NCBI GenBank assembly: GCA_032128875.1
Contig: JAVLKG010000011.1
Coordinates: forward strand, 128,001 to 192,000
Length of the DNA: 64,000 bases
Origin: Candidatus Melainabacteria bacterium 17Bon1m
GTDB taxonomy: Bacteria; Cyanobacteriota; Vampirovibrionia; Obscuribacterales; Obscuribacteraceae
Direction: 5' to 3'
Numbering within the stretch: the first letter of the stretch is position 1; every line of letters begins with the position of its first letter. The translations under genes and the position numbers were made by a program. Shown here one piece after another: positions 45,942 through 56,229 of the stretch. The notes below the pieces were generated by a model that was not told the DNA's origin, searched no databases, and saw only the letters and a program-made list of their open reading frames with translations.

Positions 45942-47333
45942 GTGGATATTTGTATTGTCGGTGCTGGCTACGTGGGTCTGGTGACAAGCGCCTGCTTGGC
46001 GTATCTCGGACATCACGTGATTGCCGTTGATTCCAACGAAGAGAAGCTCAACGCTTTGAAACGCGGCGAAATGCCGTTTTTCGAGCCTGGTCTCGAACCC
46101 TTCGTCAAACAGTGCGTCAAAAGCGAGTTCTTGACCTTCACTGACAAACTCGAAGATGCCGTCAAGAAGTCGGAAATCATCTTTATCGCTGTCGGAACAC
46201 CGCCACTTCCATCTGGCGAACCTGACCTCTCTGCTGTCATGGCTGTAGCCAGAGCAATCGGTCGTTCGTTGGATACTTCCAAAAAACGAATCATCGTCAA
46301 CAAATCCACAGTACCTGTCGGTTCAGGCAACTGGGTGGAAATGTTGGTTCACCAGGGTGTTGAGAGTGTTCAGACTGTTCCCGCTCGTGCAGCCCGGGCA
46401 GACCAACCATCATTCACAGTGGTTTCCAATCCAGAGTTCTTGCGTGAAGGCAGCGCTCTGGCTGACTCCTTTTACCCTGATCGCATCGTGGTCGGATCCG
46501 CTGACGATACAGCCGTCGCAACGATGAAAAAGCTGTTTGCACCATTGATTAATCAAACTTTTGATCCCCCGACCGACATTGCACGTCCTGAAAATTTCGG
46601 CAAGGTTCCTTTTGTCGTCACGGATCTCGCGAGTGCTGAACTCATCAAATACTCTGCCAATGCTTTCTTGGCGATGAAGATCAGCTTTGCCAACGAAATC
46701 GCGGGACTTTGCGAAAAGGTTGGCGCTGACATTCGTCAGGTCGCACCAGGCATCGGGCTCGATACGCGTATCGGAAGCAAATTCCTCAATGCCGGAGTGG
46801 GCTGGGGCGGAAGCTGCTTCGGAAAAGACATCAATGCGCTAATTAATGTAGCGCGTGAATACAGCTATCCCACTTCACTTTTGGAAGCAACGCTTTCAGT
46901 CAACGAGCGTCAGCGTCTTTGTGTGATCAAAAAATTGCAAGAAGAGTTGAAGATCGTCAAAGGCCGCACAATTGGTTTGATGGGGCTTTCATTCAAGCCG
47001 AACACCGATGACTTACGCGATGCGCCGAGCTTGACACTTGTTCGCGCTCTGACCAAGATGGGCGCCCAGGTTAAGGTCTACGATCCAGTCAGTATTGAAA
47101 GCTGCCAGCGCAATTTTCCTGAACTCGAAATTGCTTATTGCACCAATCTCGACGAGCTTGCGAAAGACAGTGATGCTCTGGTTCTTGTCACCGAGTGGCA
47201 AGAATTTGCCAGCGCCAATTGGAAGCAATTGATCAAGAGCATGAAGTGGCCGTTGGTTATCGATGGTCGCAACATCTTGCCGCAAGATGATCTAACTGAT
47301 TCTGGTGCAATTTACAGAGGTATCGGACATTGA
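45942..47333 (+). CDS. ugd: UDP-glucose 6-dehydrogenase
   Basis: [46 protein letters not shown]. Confidence 0.95.
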   Translation: MDICIVGAGYVGLVTSACLAYLGHHVIAVDSNEEKLNALKRGEMPFFEPGLEPFVKQCVKSEFLTFTDKLEDAVKKSEIIFIAVGTPPLPSGEPDLSAVMAVARAIGRSLDTSKKRIIVNKSTVPVGSGNWVEMLVHQGVESVQTVPARAARADQPSFTVVSNPEFLREGSALADSFYPDRIVVGSADDTAVATMKKLFAPLINQTFDPPTDIARPENFGKVPFVVTDLASAELIKYSANAFLAMKISFANEIAGLCEKVGADIRQVAPGIGLDTRIGSKFLNAGVGWGGSCFGKDINALINVAREYSYPTSLLEATLSVNERQRLCVIKKLQEELKIVKGRTIGLMGLSFKPNTDDLRDAPSLTLVRALTKMGAQVKVYDPVSIESCQRNFPELEIAYCTNLDELAKDSDALVLVTEWQEFASANWKQLIKSMKWPLVIDGRNILPQDDLTDSGAIYRGIGH

Positions 47334-48271
47334 AGATACTCATTACAGGCGCAGCTGGATTCATCGGATCGCATTTGGTCGATCGCATGCTTGCGGATGG
47401 GCATGAAGTGACGGCAATGGACAATCTTGTCACCGGCACGATGAACAACATTGCTCAGCATTTATCCAACACTCGCTTTCAATTCATTCATCACAACGTT
47501 TCTAATCACATACACATCGTCGGGCATCTTGATTGGGTGATTCACTTCGCTTCACCGGCAAGTCCAGTCGATTATTTGAATTTGCCGATTGAAACGCTGA
47601 AGGTAAACTCTCTAGGCACACACAATACTTTAGGCCTGGCACTGTCTAAAGGTGCGAAGTACTTTCTTGCCAGTACTTCCGAAGTTTATGGCGATCCAGA
47701 GCAACATCCGCAGAAAGAATCTTACTGGGGTAATGTGAACCCAGTCGGCCCGCGCGGTGTTTACGATGAATCGAAGCGCTTCGCAGAAGCAATCACGATG
47801 GCGTACAACAAAAAACACGATCTCGATACTCGCATAATCAGAATTTTCAATTGCTACGGTCCGAGACTAAGAGCAAATGATGGTCGTGTTGTTTCCAACT
47901 TTATCGATCAGGCATTGCGTGGCAAACCCCTCACCATATATGGTGGCGGCGAGCAAACTCGCAGCTTCCAATATGTTTCCGATCTCGTTGAAGGAATTGT
48001 TCGCCTGACAGGAGTGAAATTCCACGAACCTGTGAATTTAGGCAATCCACAAGAGCGCACGGTTTTGGAACTGGCAGAACTTATTAAAGAGTTGACCGGT
48101 TCCAAGAGTGAAATCGTTTACAAGCCTTTGCCGACCGATGATCCCAAGCGCCGCTTGCCGGATATCACCAGAGCGAAAGAACTTCTTGATTGGACTCCAG
48201 AAGTTCAAATCAGAGATGGTCTGCAACAGACAATCGCCTGGTACAAGGAACAGCTAGCTGTAGCTAAGTAA
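47330..48271 (+). CDS. uxs: UDP-glucuronate decarboxylase (UDP-xylose synthase)
   Basis: [52 protein letters not shown]. Confidence 0.9.
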   Translation: MKILITGAAGFIGSHLVDRMLADGHEVTAMDNLVTGTMNNIAQHLSNTRFQFIHHNVSNHIHIVGHLDWVIHFASPASPVDYLNLPIETLKVNSLGTHNTLGLALSKGAKYFLASTSEVYGDPEQHPQKESYWGNVNPVGPRGVYDESKRFAEAITMAYNKKHDLDTRIIRIFNCYGPRLRANDGRVVSNFIDQALRGKPLTIYGGGEQTRSFQYVSDLVEGIVRLTGVKFHEPVNLGNPQERTVLELAELIKELTGSKSEIVYKPLPTDDPKRRLPDITRAKELLDWTPEVQIRDGLQQTIAWYKEQLAVAK

Positions 48272-48429
48272 GACTAGTCAGAACAATTTACTCGCCCAGA
48301 ATCCTGAGAGACATCCAGGGTATTCCCCAGTTCGGCTTCAGTCCGTTCGGCAGAGGAATATCGCGCCGCATTGCGTAGGCTAGTTGTGTGAGGCGACTAC
48401 GGCATTTACACAAGGACAGAGGTGCGGTT

Positions 48430-49443
48430 ATGCGTGTTCTAAAATCGGCGGCGGCAGTGCTACTTTTATCGGCAGGCATGCTTTTACCTGGTTTGACCAA
48501 TCAATTTGCATTGGCAAACGAAGCTCCGGCAGCCAGTGCTGAACGTCCGGTTCTTGATCTTGCTTTCTTAATTGATACGACCGGATCGATGGGCGGCGAA
48601 ATTGAAATGGTGAAGAAGAAGACCAAAGATCTTGTGGCCAAATTAGCCTCAGGAAAGCCTGCTCCCGTTGTACGTGTAGGACTTGTTGCCTATAGAGATC
48701 GTGGTGACGACTACGTTACTAAAGTCTTTCCGTTTTCTGACGACATAGACAAGGTAGTTAAAGATATTACTGCTTTGAATGCGGCAGGTGGTGGCGACAC
48801 GCCTGAAGCTGTAAATCAAGGATTGCATGCGGCTCTCAATGACCTTGAATGGACAAAGAACAAAAAGGCTTCCAAACTTCTTTTCTTGATTGGAGATGCA
48901 GCTCCGCATATCTATCCTAACGATTACAATTGGGAAACAGAGTCCAAAAATGCCATTTCTCGCGGCATTCAAATCAACACAATCGGCTGTGACGGACTGG
49001 ATTCCAGCGGCACCACCGTGTTCGAGAAAATTGCAAAATTATCCGATGGGTCCTTTGAGACACTTTCTTATCGACAAGAAATTGTCAATTCTGAAGGCAA
49101 GAAAGAAACCCTCATTACCTCAGGCGGTTCTACATACAAGGTTAGAGCTGGCGCCGAATCGTCATGGAAAGCAGGCGCCAAGGATCTCGCTGTCCGTGGA
49201 CTCGCAGTTGCGGCACCTGCTCCCGCTTCCGCTCTGGCAAAGAGAAGTCGAGCTTCGATGAGCACCGGCTTCTATGCCGCGCGCGCATCTTCCCTAAGTG
49301 CAGATGCCGCGCACATGGAAGGCGGCGCACCTGGCGCGAGCTATGCCGGTTTCAATCGCGCAGACAGCAATTTGGATGACTTGATGCTGAATGCGGCAAA
49401 GAGCAAACTCAAGAAAGATGCCTCGATTATCTATACGAAATAA
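48430..49443 (+). CDS. Secreted vWA-domain protein
   Basis: Signal peptide; DLAFLIDTTGSM MIDAS-like motif, VAYRD, GGGDTPE, IGDAAPH. Confidence 0.88.
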   Translation: MRVLKSAAAVLLLSAGMLLPGLTNQFALANEAPAASAERPVLDLAFLIDTTGSMGGEIEMVKKKTKDLVAKLASGKPAPVVRVGLVAYRDRGDDYVTKVFPFSDDIDKVVKDITALNAAGGGDTPEAVNQGLHAALNDLEWTKNKKASKLLFLIGDAAPHIYPNDYNWETESKNAISRGIQINTIGCDGLDSSGTTVFEKIAKLSDGSFETLSYRQEIVNSEGKKETLITSGGSTYKVRAGAESSWKAGAKDLAVRGLAVAAPAPASALAKRSRASMSTGFYAARASSLSADAAHMEGGAPGASYAGFNRADSNLDDLMLNAAKSKLKKDASIIYTK

Positions 49444-49537
49444 ATGATGATGACTAACGAGAAGTAAGAAGTTTGGTGTTCAACATGCGCCGAAGAATCA
49501 GGACAGGATAAGCATCCCCGAGCCGATGCCTGTCTTG

Positions 49538-49569
49538 AAAGAGGGAAGGGTCAACCTTCCCTCTTTTTT
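49538..49569 (+). terminator. Intrinsic terminator
   Basis: AAAGAGGGAAGG-GTCAA-CCTTCCCTCTTT followed by further Ts. Confidence 0.85.
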
Positions 49570-49741
49570 CGCCAAATTCGCTCTTGTTCTGCTCGATGAA
49601 TTCGGCGCTTTTGAATTTCAAGATTTTTTGAAACTTGCCGTTGCATTCTCTATCCAGTCAACCCCCAAACAGCAATAGACAGCCACCCTGTGGTTTCTAC
49701 CTCGCGGCGCTGGCCCGCTGCAGATCCTATTGGAGAAAGAA

Positions 49742-50842
49742 ATGAGTAATCACAATGCTACTGAAACAGTCGATCATGTAAGTAAAGCCCTTGATTCGGC
49801 CCAGAACGAAGGAGAGCAAACCAAAGCGCTGGAGCGACTCCAGGACGAGATCAGGCAAGACACCAAGGACATGAATCCAGCTGAGCAAAAGGCATACATG
49901 GCTCAGGTTACTAAGCAACTGGAAGAAAGAAATCAGCTCCCGATTTTAGCTGTTGCGTTTGCCGGTCAAATTGGAGAGAGTGACAAAGGCGATTTGCAAG
50001 GAGAATTGAGAGCCGTCAACCGCGCGGAAAGAGGCGGTGACACGTCAAAGGCTGTAGAAAAGGCCATGCTTCAATACTTGATCAACAATTACGACAAAGG
50101 CGCGAATTTGGTCGAAGCAAACAATGAAGAGTGGATGACAGATTCTAAGATAAGTAAAGCCGATGTGAGCGAAAAACTCAGTCAATTTAGAATGGCTCGT
50201 GATGAGCAACACCGCAAAGAAAGTAATCAACTCAATACTGAGAAGACAGCAAAAGAACTTTTAGGGGGCGGTGACAAGTCGCTTTTCAATTTCATCGACC
50301 GCGGCAACAATGACGGAAAACTGACGAAAAAAGAATTGCAAGACTATTTGAATGTCGCTCGCAGCAGTGGCAGTGACTCTGGGCATTTTTCGAAGGCAAA
50401 ACAGCATCTTGTGGAGAACATTCTCAAAGAATGGGATAACCGCGATAAAGGCAAATGGATGAGAGGTGGTTCTATGGGTGACTCACAAGCCACCGAGGTA
50501 TTGACCAAGGAAGGATTGGTGCACGCAGCAGGAAAAAAGTCGGAGACTGACTTAGGCACAGCGAAGGCTGCAGACCCTGCGCCAAAGCCTGGCGACCCCG
50601 CACCAAAGCCTGGCGACCCTGCGCCAAAGCCTGGCGATCCTGCGCCAAAGCCTGGTTCACAGCCCAAAGCTTCCGAGTTGGAAGTGCAGAAAGGAGATAG
50701 TTATTGGTCGATTTCAAAACGAATTCTTGGCGAGAAAGCAAGCAATGCTGAAATCCTTGCCAAAACAAAAGAGTTGCAGACGAAGAATGGAAACGCGCCA
50801 CTATACTACGATTCCAATCATCCACGCAAAATCAAAATCTAA
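49742..50842 (+). CDS. EF-hand-like / LysM-domain protein with a DPAPKPG linker; no signal peptide
   Basis: GGAG RBS; DRGNNDGKLTKKEL EF-hand-like loop; C-terminal VQKGDSYWSISKR LysM-like motif. Confidence 0.8.
   Translation: MSNHNATETVDHVSKALDSAQNEGEQTKALERLQDEIRQDTKDMNPAEQKAYMAQVTKQLEERNQLPILAVAFAGQIGESDKGDLQGELRAVNRAERGGDTSKAVEKAMLQYLINNYDKGANLVEANNEEWMTDSKISKADVSEKLSQFRMARDEQHRKESNQLNTEKTAKELLGGGDKSLFNFIDRGNNDGKLTKKELQDYLNVARSSGSDSGHFSKAKQHLVENILKEWDNRDKGKWMRGGSMGDSQATEVLTKEGLVHAAGKKSETDLGTAKAADPAPKPGDPAPKPGDPAPKPGDPAPKPGSQPKASELEVQKGDSYWSISKRILGEKASNAEILAKTKELQTKNGNAPLYYDSNHPRKIKI
50573..50656 (+). repeat. 21-bp coding tandem repeat (DPAPKPG x4)
   Basis: GAYCCYGCRCCAAAGCCTGGY repeated four times. 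Confidence 0.9.
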
Positions 50843-50917
50843 TGCATCGCGTGCCGCAGCGCTTACACGGCAAGCAAATATCTAATCAGTTTCGAGATAC
50901 TAATAGGTTAGCGCTAC

Positions 50918-50956
50918 AAAAAAGAGGGGGCGACAGTAGTTGGTCGCACCCTCTTT
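50918..50956. terminator. Probable bidirectional terminator between convergent genes
   Basis: AAAGAGGGGGCGAC / GTCGCACCCTCTTT stem with one mismatch and A/T flanks. Confidence 0.7.
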
Positions 50957-50969
50957 GCATTTTGATTAG

Positions 50970-51557
50970 TTAGGCTACTGCAACCAATTGCGGACGATTT
51001 TCTTCGCTTTGCACTTCTGGTGCTTCTTTCTCCAATCCGATGATTTGACCAAGATCGGCTTGTCTGGTGATGATTTCCAATGCATCATGGTTGTCCATGA
51101 CTTCCCACGCCGTGCGACGTTCTTCTCGCGAGTTCACTTCTGCAAGAATCACGATTTCGCCGTTTTCGACATCGCCTTCAAATACATTGGCGTAATATTG
51201 TGGCTCGTTGGCATGTAAGAATGCGCCCATCCAGACGCCCCAGTAGGCGAGAATGACTCCACCGGAAACAGCTGCCATCACGGTGGTGATGATTTGGAAA
51301 AAACCAGGTGTATTGATTTCAGGAGCCATCATGACTCCGGCCCAGAGACCGCCTAGCGCGCCCACGATGCCATAGCGAACGAAATATCGAGCCATCGGTG
51401 TCTTTATTTTGGCTGAAACATTGTGAAATTCAGGGCAATCCTTGCCGACCACGCTCAAATCGGCTGATTTGAAACCAGCTTTGTGCAAATCTTCCAGGAT
51501 TTGACCAGTGCTGGTTGTGCTATCAAAAATTCCGTAAACATAATCTGGGTTCGACAT
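50970..51557 (-). CDS. General-stress-protein-like membrane protein (YflT-like N-terminus, 2 TM)
   Basis: VYGIFD...LHKAGF..DLSVVG pattern, a glycine-rich TM pair, GEIVILAEV. Confidence 0.65.
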   Translation of the reverse strand: MSNPDYVYGIFDSTTSTGQILEDLHKAGFKSADLSVVGKDCPEFHNVSAKIKTPMARYFVRYGIVGALGGLWAGVMMAPEINTPGFFQIITTVMAAVSGGVILAYWGVWMGAFLHANEPQYYANVFEGDVENGEIVILAEVNSREERRTAWEVMDNHDALEIITRQADLGQIIGLEKEAPEVQSEENRPQLVAVA

Positions 51558-51607
51558 AGGAGTATCCTCGACTCTTATTTTTGGGTATGGCTTGATAATC
51601 TTGTATA

Positions 51608-51628
51608 GATTATCGATAATCGATAATT
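51608..51628. promoter_or_regulatory. Putative GntR operator between divergent genes
   Basis: Perfect 14-bp palindrome GATTATCGATAATC (51608-51621), overlapped by a second ATCGATAAT. Confidence 0.6.
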
Positions 51629-51681
51629 AGATTGTACCGCGCCTTGAATTCTGGTCAAGCTCCTTCGTCTAAAATTGCAAC

Positions 51682-52323
51682 ATGTCATTCAAACGAGCTT
51701 CCACCAGGGAGCAAATCACTCAATACCTGCTGGAGCGCATCCTCGACGGCACTTACAAGCCCGGCGAGCGCCTTATTGAGTTGAACATCGCCAACGAGTT
51801 GAGTACCAGCCAGGCGCCGGTACGCGAAGCCTTGCGCTATTTGGAAGCGATGAGGGTGGTTGTTACCGAACCATATAAAGGTACTCGGGTCAGAGAAGTC
51901 ACTGACCGAGAGCTCGCGGAATCCTCTCAAGTACGTGCAGCGTTGGAAGAATTGGGGGCAGAACTGGCCGCCCCTCTTCTAAAAGGGAATGTCGAGCGCA
52001 TCACGCAAGAGTCTAAGCAGTTTATGAAAGCTGCCAAACAGAAGGATGTTCAAAAGTACAGTCAGCACGACATTGAGTTTCACCGCCTGATTATGGAAGC
52101 GTCAGGAAATCATTTGTTGCTCTCTATCTGGGAATCGGTCGTTTTAGAGACTCGCTTTCGGCGCACTCTGAGCCGCATTGGTGAAGAGCAACTTGTGGAA
52201 TTCGGCGAAGCACATTTACCTGTTATCGATGCACTGAATGACGGTGATGGAAAACGCGCGGCGTCAATTTTGAAAAATCTGATCTGTAAATTCCACTTCT
52301 TGAAGAGTACTGAGCAATCCTGA
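51682..52323 (+). CDS. GntR (FadR/FCD) family transcriptional regulator
   Basis: YKPGERLIE...SQAPVREAL wHTH; DIEFHRLIMEASGN FCD domain. Confidence 0.95.
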   Translation: MSFKRASTREQITQYLLERILDGTYKPGERLIELNIANELSTSQAPVREALRYLEAMRVVVTEPYKGTRVREVTDRELAESSQVRAALEELGAELAAPLLKGNVERITQESKQFMKAAKQKDVQKYSQHDIEFHRLIMEASGNHLLLSIWESVVLETRFRRTLSRIGEEQLVEFGEAHLPVIDALNDGDGKRAASILKNLICKFHFLKSTEQS

Positions 52324-52397
52324 GCTTCTGACTTAGAAAAGACAATGTAGACCCCAGATGTCGCCTTTTTGAAGCCCTCTGTAGCTGATTCCTTGAC

Positions 52398-54221
52398 TTA
52401 GTCAGTATTTCCAACGCTTGCCGGAATGATAGCTCGAAACAGGCTACCGCGATTCGATGCGGCTGTTTTGTCTGTGGGTTCGACCCAAATTTTGCCACCA
52501 TGGGCTTCCACAATCAGCTTGCAAATTGCCAATCCCAGTCCGGTTCCTTGCTTCTCATCGCTTCTTGCTTCTTGTTCGAATGTTTCGAAAACGCGCTCAA
52601 GATTCTCGTCTGCAATTCCACGCCCTCGATCCGCAACACTCAACTCAAATCCGTTGTCCGTTGTTTTTGCACTAATGGTCACGGTTGCGCCCTCGGGGCT
52701 GAATTTGATGGCGTTTGAAACAAGGTTTGTCATTACCTGCAATAACATTCTTCTATCACCATCAACTATCAATTCCTTTTCCGGCAGAGCCAGCGTAATG
52801 CGCTTTTCGTCCGCAAAACCGCCTAGCAAATCTTTTGTGTCTCGCGCCAGTTCGCGCACATCGAAGTGCTCGCGAGCCAATTCCATGCGCCCAGCTTTCA
52901 GCTTCTGGAAGTCGAGAAGATCATTTACCAATTGCATCAGTTTGTCCAAGTTTGCGACGGCGCGACTAATATCTGTTTGAACGTCTTGACTGATACTTCC
53001 TTTGACACCGGCGACGATGAGGGAAAGAGAATTGTGCATTGCCATCAGAGGACTGCGCAAATCGTGACTGATCATATTGGCAAAATCCTCTTTCATTTGC
53101 TCAATACGCTTGTGCTCGGAAATATCGTGAATGACGCAAAACATCTTCTGGTGCGGCTGCGACCATAAACATGACCATCTGGTGTCGATAGTTTTTCCCT
53201 CGACGCTGCGTAATTGCAACTCGAAAGTTTCAGGCTTTTCGCTTTTCATGGCAATTCTGAATTGCTCGTCTGCAAGCAAGCTTTGTTCGGGCACCGTCAG
53301 TGAATGCATCGGTGCACCAATCAAATCTTCCGGATTGTGACCGAGAAGTTTGTGACAGGACCTATTTACTGAAAGGATGTCACCCGCTTCGTTCGCGGAA
53401 AGAATTATGTCTGCCGCGTTCTCGACAAGTTCTTTATTGCGAGACAGAGCGCTTTCAAGGTCATCCGCTGCAACGTGAAGAAGTGAATCTAGTTTTGAAA
53501 ATTCTGCTGCATCTTCTAGAACAGGCAAGAGAGGCTTTCTCTCAGACAGGAGCTTACCGTTATTTCTGATGCGAGTAAGCGGATTGCTGATCATTTTTGC
53601 GAAGTAGAAAACAAGCAGCAGCGCAATTCCAATATTGATAATGGCAAATACTCCGACAACTCCTACCAGGGCTGTAATCGAACGTTCAATCGCGGCGCTG
53701 TCTGCGGTGACTTTTGCCTCTTCTACTGAAACAATCTGGTCGATCACTTTTGACCATCCCGGGGCTTTAGAGATCAACCTGCTATGGTATCGTTTCGCTT
53801 GGCGCTTCCAATCTGGTTGGTTCATGAGCTGCTTAAAGCCAACCATGCTCTCGTGCATTTCTTCCATCGCAAGGTTGAACGCTTTTACTGCTTGTTCGTG
53901 CAATGGATCTTTTTGAATGAGACTCAGAAATTTGGAAACATCAGCAGTCAAGCTAAACCACTGCCTCTCGTGTACCTCAGGACTTATAAAACTGCCTCCT
54001 TCTACCAGGCTGTAATCGAAGACAAGTTGATTGATGATCACGTTCGAAAGAGTATATGCGCGCCTGATGATATCTTGCGAGACTGTCTCATTCTGCATGT
54101 AATTTTGAATTTGGTGAAGTCTAAAACCAAGAAGGATTACAAATGCAAGCTGGCAGATCACAGGAAATGCAACAACAATTATGCTGCGCTGTTTTAGGTT
54201 GAGGACAGGAAAAATCTTCAT
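52398..54221 (-). CDS. Membrane sensor histidine kinase (periplasmic domain, HAMP, PAS)
   Basis: 2 TM; PAS; SHDLRSPL, NAIKF, DRGRGI, GTGLGLAICK. Confidence 0.95.
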   Translation of the reverse strand: MKIFPVLNLKQRSIIVVAFPVICQLAFVILLGFRLHQIQNYMQNETVSQDIIRRAYTLSNVIINQLVFDYSLVEGGSFISPEVHERQWFSLTADVSKFLSLIQKDPLHEQAVKAFNLAMEEMHESMVGFKQLMNQPDWKRQAKRYHSRLISKAPGWSKVIDQIVSVEEAKVTADSAAIERSITALVGVVGVFAIINIGIALLLVFYFAKMISNPLTRIRNNGKLLSERKPLLPVLEDAAEFSKLDSLLHVAADDLESALSRNKELVENAADIILSANEAGDILSVNRSCHKLLGHNPEDLIGAPMHSLTVPEQSLLADEQFRIAMKSEKPETFELQLRSVEGKTIDTRWSCLWSQPHQKMFCVIHDISEHKRIEQMKEDFANMISHDLRSPLMAMHNSLSLIVAGVKGSISQDVQTDISRAVANLDKLMQLVNDLLDFQKLKAGRMELAREHFDVRELARDTKDLLGGFADEKRITLALPEKELIVDGDRRMLLQVMTNLVSNAIKFSPEGATVTISAKTTDNGFELSVADRGRGIADENLERVFETFEQEARSDEKQGTGLGLAICKLIVEAHGGKIWVEPTDKTAASNRGSLFRAIIPASVGNTD

Positions 54222-56035
54222 TCTGCCGAGTCCTCTGTATCTCTATATCGAGGAACTGTAAACCAGAATGTCGTGCCTTTTCCTAATTCACTAATCACTC
54301 CGACTTCGCCGCCATGAGCTTCGACGATGTTTTTGACAATCGCCAGGCCAAGTCCTGTCCCTTTGATGTTTAACTCTGATTTTGCTTTCGTCTGTTGAAA
54401 CTTGTCAAAAACCAGCGGCAAATCATCTGGCGAGATGCCAGGACCTTCATCGGAAACCTTGATCGTAGCTTTATTTTCTCCGGGCTCAATACTCATGCGA
54501 ACGGAAGAATTCTTAGGAGAATATTTGATAGCGTTGGAAAGCAAATTGATTACCACCTGGACAAGCCGCCTTTCGTCGCCCAGAAGAATTGTGTCGTTTT
54601 TGGGTCCGAGTACTGATATTTGAGCTGCAGCAGCCAGCCCGGCGAGCGTTTCCTTCGCGCTTTCGCATACTTCCGAAGCTGCTACAGGAGCCAGGTCTAG
54701 TGAAAACTTGTTTGCTTCCAGCTTCTCAAGTTCGAGAAAATCGTTCACAAGCGAAAGCAGTCTTTGAGAATTGGAATCCGCACGTGCGAGTTCTTTCTTG
54801 ACCCCTTCAGGTAATTCTCCTCGCTTTCCAGTGTTTAGCCCTTGCAAGACAATTGAAATAGCCGTAAGCGGGCTGCGAATGTCGTGACTTGCCATCGCGA
54901 TAAAGCGCTTCTTCAGCCTGTCCACGTTGCGCATTTCAGTGACGTCGTTGACCACGCAATAATAGTTTTGCTTCTCGGGCGACCATGTCACCGTCCATAG
55001 TGCATCTCTAAAATTGCCGTCTTTTGTCCTCACGACATTTTCGAATTTGCCTTCGCCTTCTTCGCGAATTCTATCTAGAGTGTATTTGGTTGATTCAGCT
55101 GTCTCTTCGGTAATCAGAGACATGATTGATTTGTGCATGAGTTCGTCAGGTGCCATTCCCCAGAGTTTTGAGCTGGACGCACCGACGGTTGAGAAACGCA
55201 TCTTTTCATCTAAAGAGCAAATCACATCAGCGGCATTGTCGAGCACCGCTGACTCGGTCCAACGGATTTCGGCAAGAATGCTGCTTGCGTCGGTGATTAC
55301 TTGATCAACTTCCGCAAGTTCGTCCTTTCCTCCTATTGTTCCGCTCACTGAATGTCCGAGTGCAAGCTGTTCTCCCTTCTGCACGACCGCATGCACACGC
55401 TGCTGCATGATGCCGACGAAGACTCTGATTAGTACAAACGCCACACCTGCATTAAGCAAAAATCCGAAGCAGATAATGCCAATGAACTTTTGCTGCAGAT
55501 TTTTGAAGTCCTCCGGCTCGTGTTTGATCATGCTGGTTTCAATGCGAATAATCTCTTTGGCTAGTCTTTCCTGTTCCATTGCAATATGAATGAGAGTCTC
55601 ATTCTGTCTGCGATTCGTCATCCGGCCTATGCCGGATATTCCTCGGTGTACGGGAGTCGTTTTGCCGACTGCTATTGCCGTTCTCCGCAATTCTTCAGCG
55701 TCTTCTACCAGCGACTGCAACTCGGGATTTTCAGCTAGGTTCAACTGCCCCCATGTATAAGGCTGGCTAAACTTATTCATGAGTTCTGCATAGTGCGCTT
55801 TACGCTCTTCATAGCTGTGGGTATCCTTGTCGGTAAGAATGTAGAACGTGCGAACCAACATGTCCTGCATCTTGTGCATTTCGATAAGGATTGCTTTTAC
55901 GTGACTGAGCCGCTGGTACTCTTTTCCGGACTGGATAAGCTCGTGTGCGAGGACGCTGACAAAGCTCAACTCAATGACAATCGGCACCAGGACCAGAATT
56001 AGGCCCGTTTGCTTGGCATTGAGATTCGACGACAC
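54218..56035 (-). CDS. Membrane sensor histidine kinase (HAMP, PAS), paralog of the next gene
   Basis: 2 TM; ENAAD/DNAAD PAS start shared with its neighbour; SHDIRSPL, NAIKY, DEGPGI, GTGLGL. Confidence 0.95.
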   Translation of the reverse strand: MSSNLNAKQTGLILVLVPIVIELSFVSVLAHELIQSGKEYQRLSHVKAILIEMHKMQDMLVRTFYILTDKDTHSYEERKAHYAELMNKFSQPYTWGQLNLAENPELQSLVEDAEELRRTAIAVGKTTPVHRGISGIGRMTNRRQNETLIHIAMEQERLAKEIIRIETSMIKHEPEDFKNLQQKFIGIICFGFLLNAGVAFVLIRVFVGIMQQRVHAVVQKGEQLALGHSVSGTIGGKDELAEVDQVITDASSILAEIRWTESAVLDNAADVICSLDEKMRFSTVGASSSKLWGMAPDELMHKSIMSLITEETAESTKYTLDRIREEGEGKFENVVRTKDGNFRDALWTVTWSPEKQNYYCVVNDVTEMRNVDRLKKRFIAMASHDIRSPLTAISIVLQGLNTGKRGELPEGVKKELARADSNSQRLLSLVNDFLELEKLEANKFSLDLAPVAASEVCESAKETLAGLAAAAQISVLGPKNDTILLGDERRLVQVVINLLSNAIKYSPKNSSVRMSIEPGENKATIKVSDEGPGISPDDLPLVFDKFQQTKAKSELNIKGTGLGLAIVKNIVEAHGGEVGVISELGKGTTFWFTVPRYRDTEDSAE

Positions 56036-56229
56036 TTCGATTTACGCCTACGCCAGTTAGAGGTCCCAAAACACCCACCAGGTAAATATTCCACGGATCT
56101 CGTCTCTAACTTCGTATGACTGATATAGGTGAATTCTTTGGGGATAGAAGCTAAGGTGGTAATAGCGAACTTAGCAGCACAGTCATACACCAATTTAATT
56201 GGCTGAGCAATTTGACCTCATGTCTGAGG

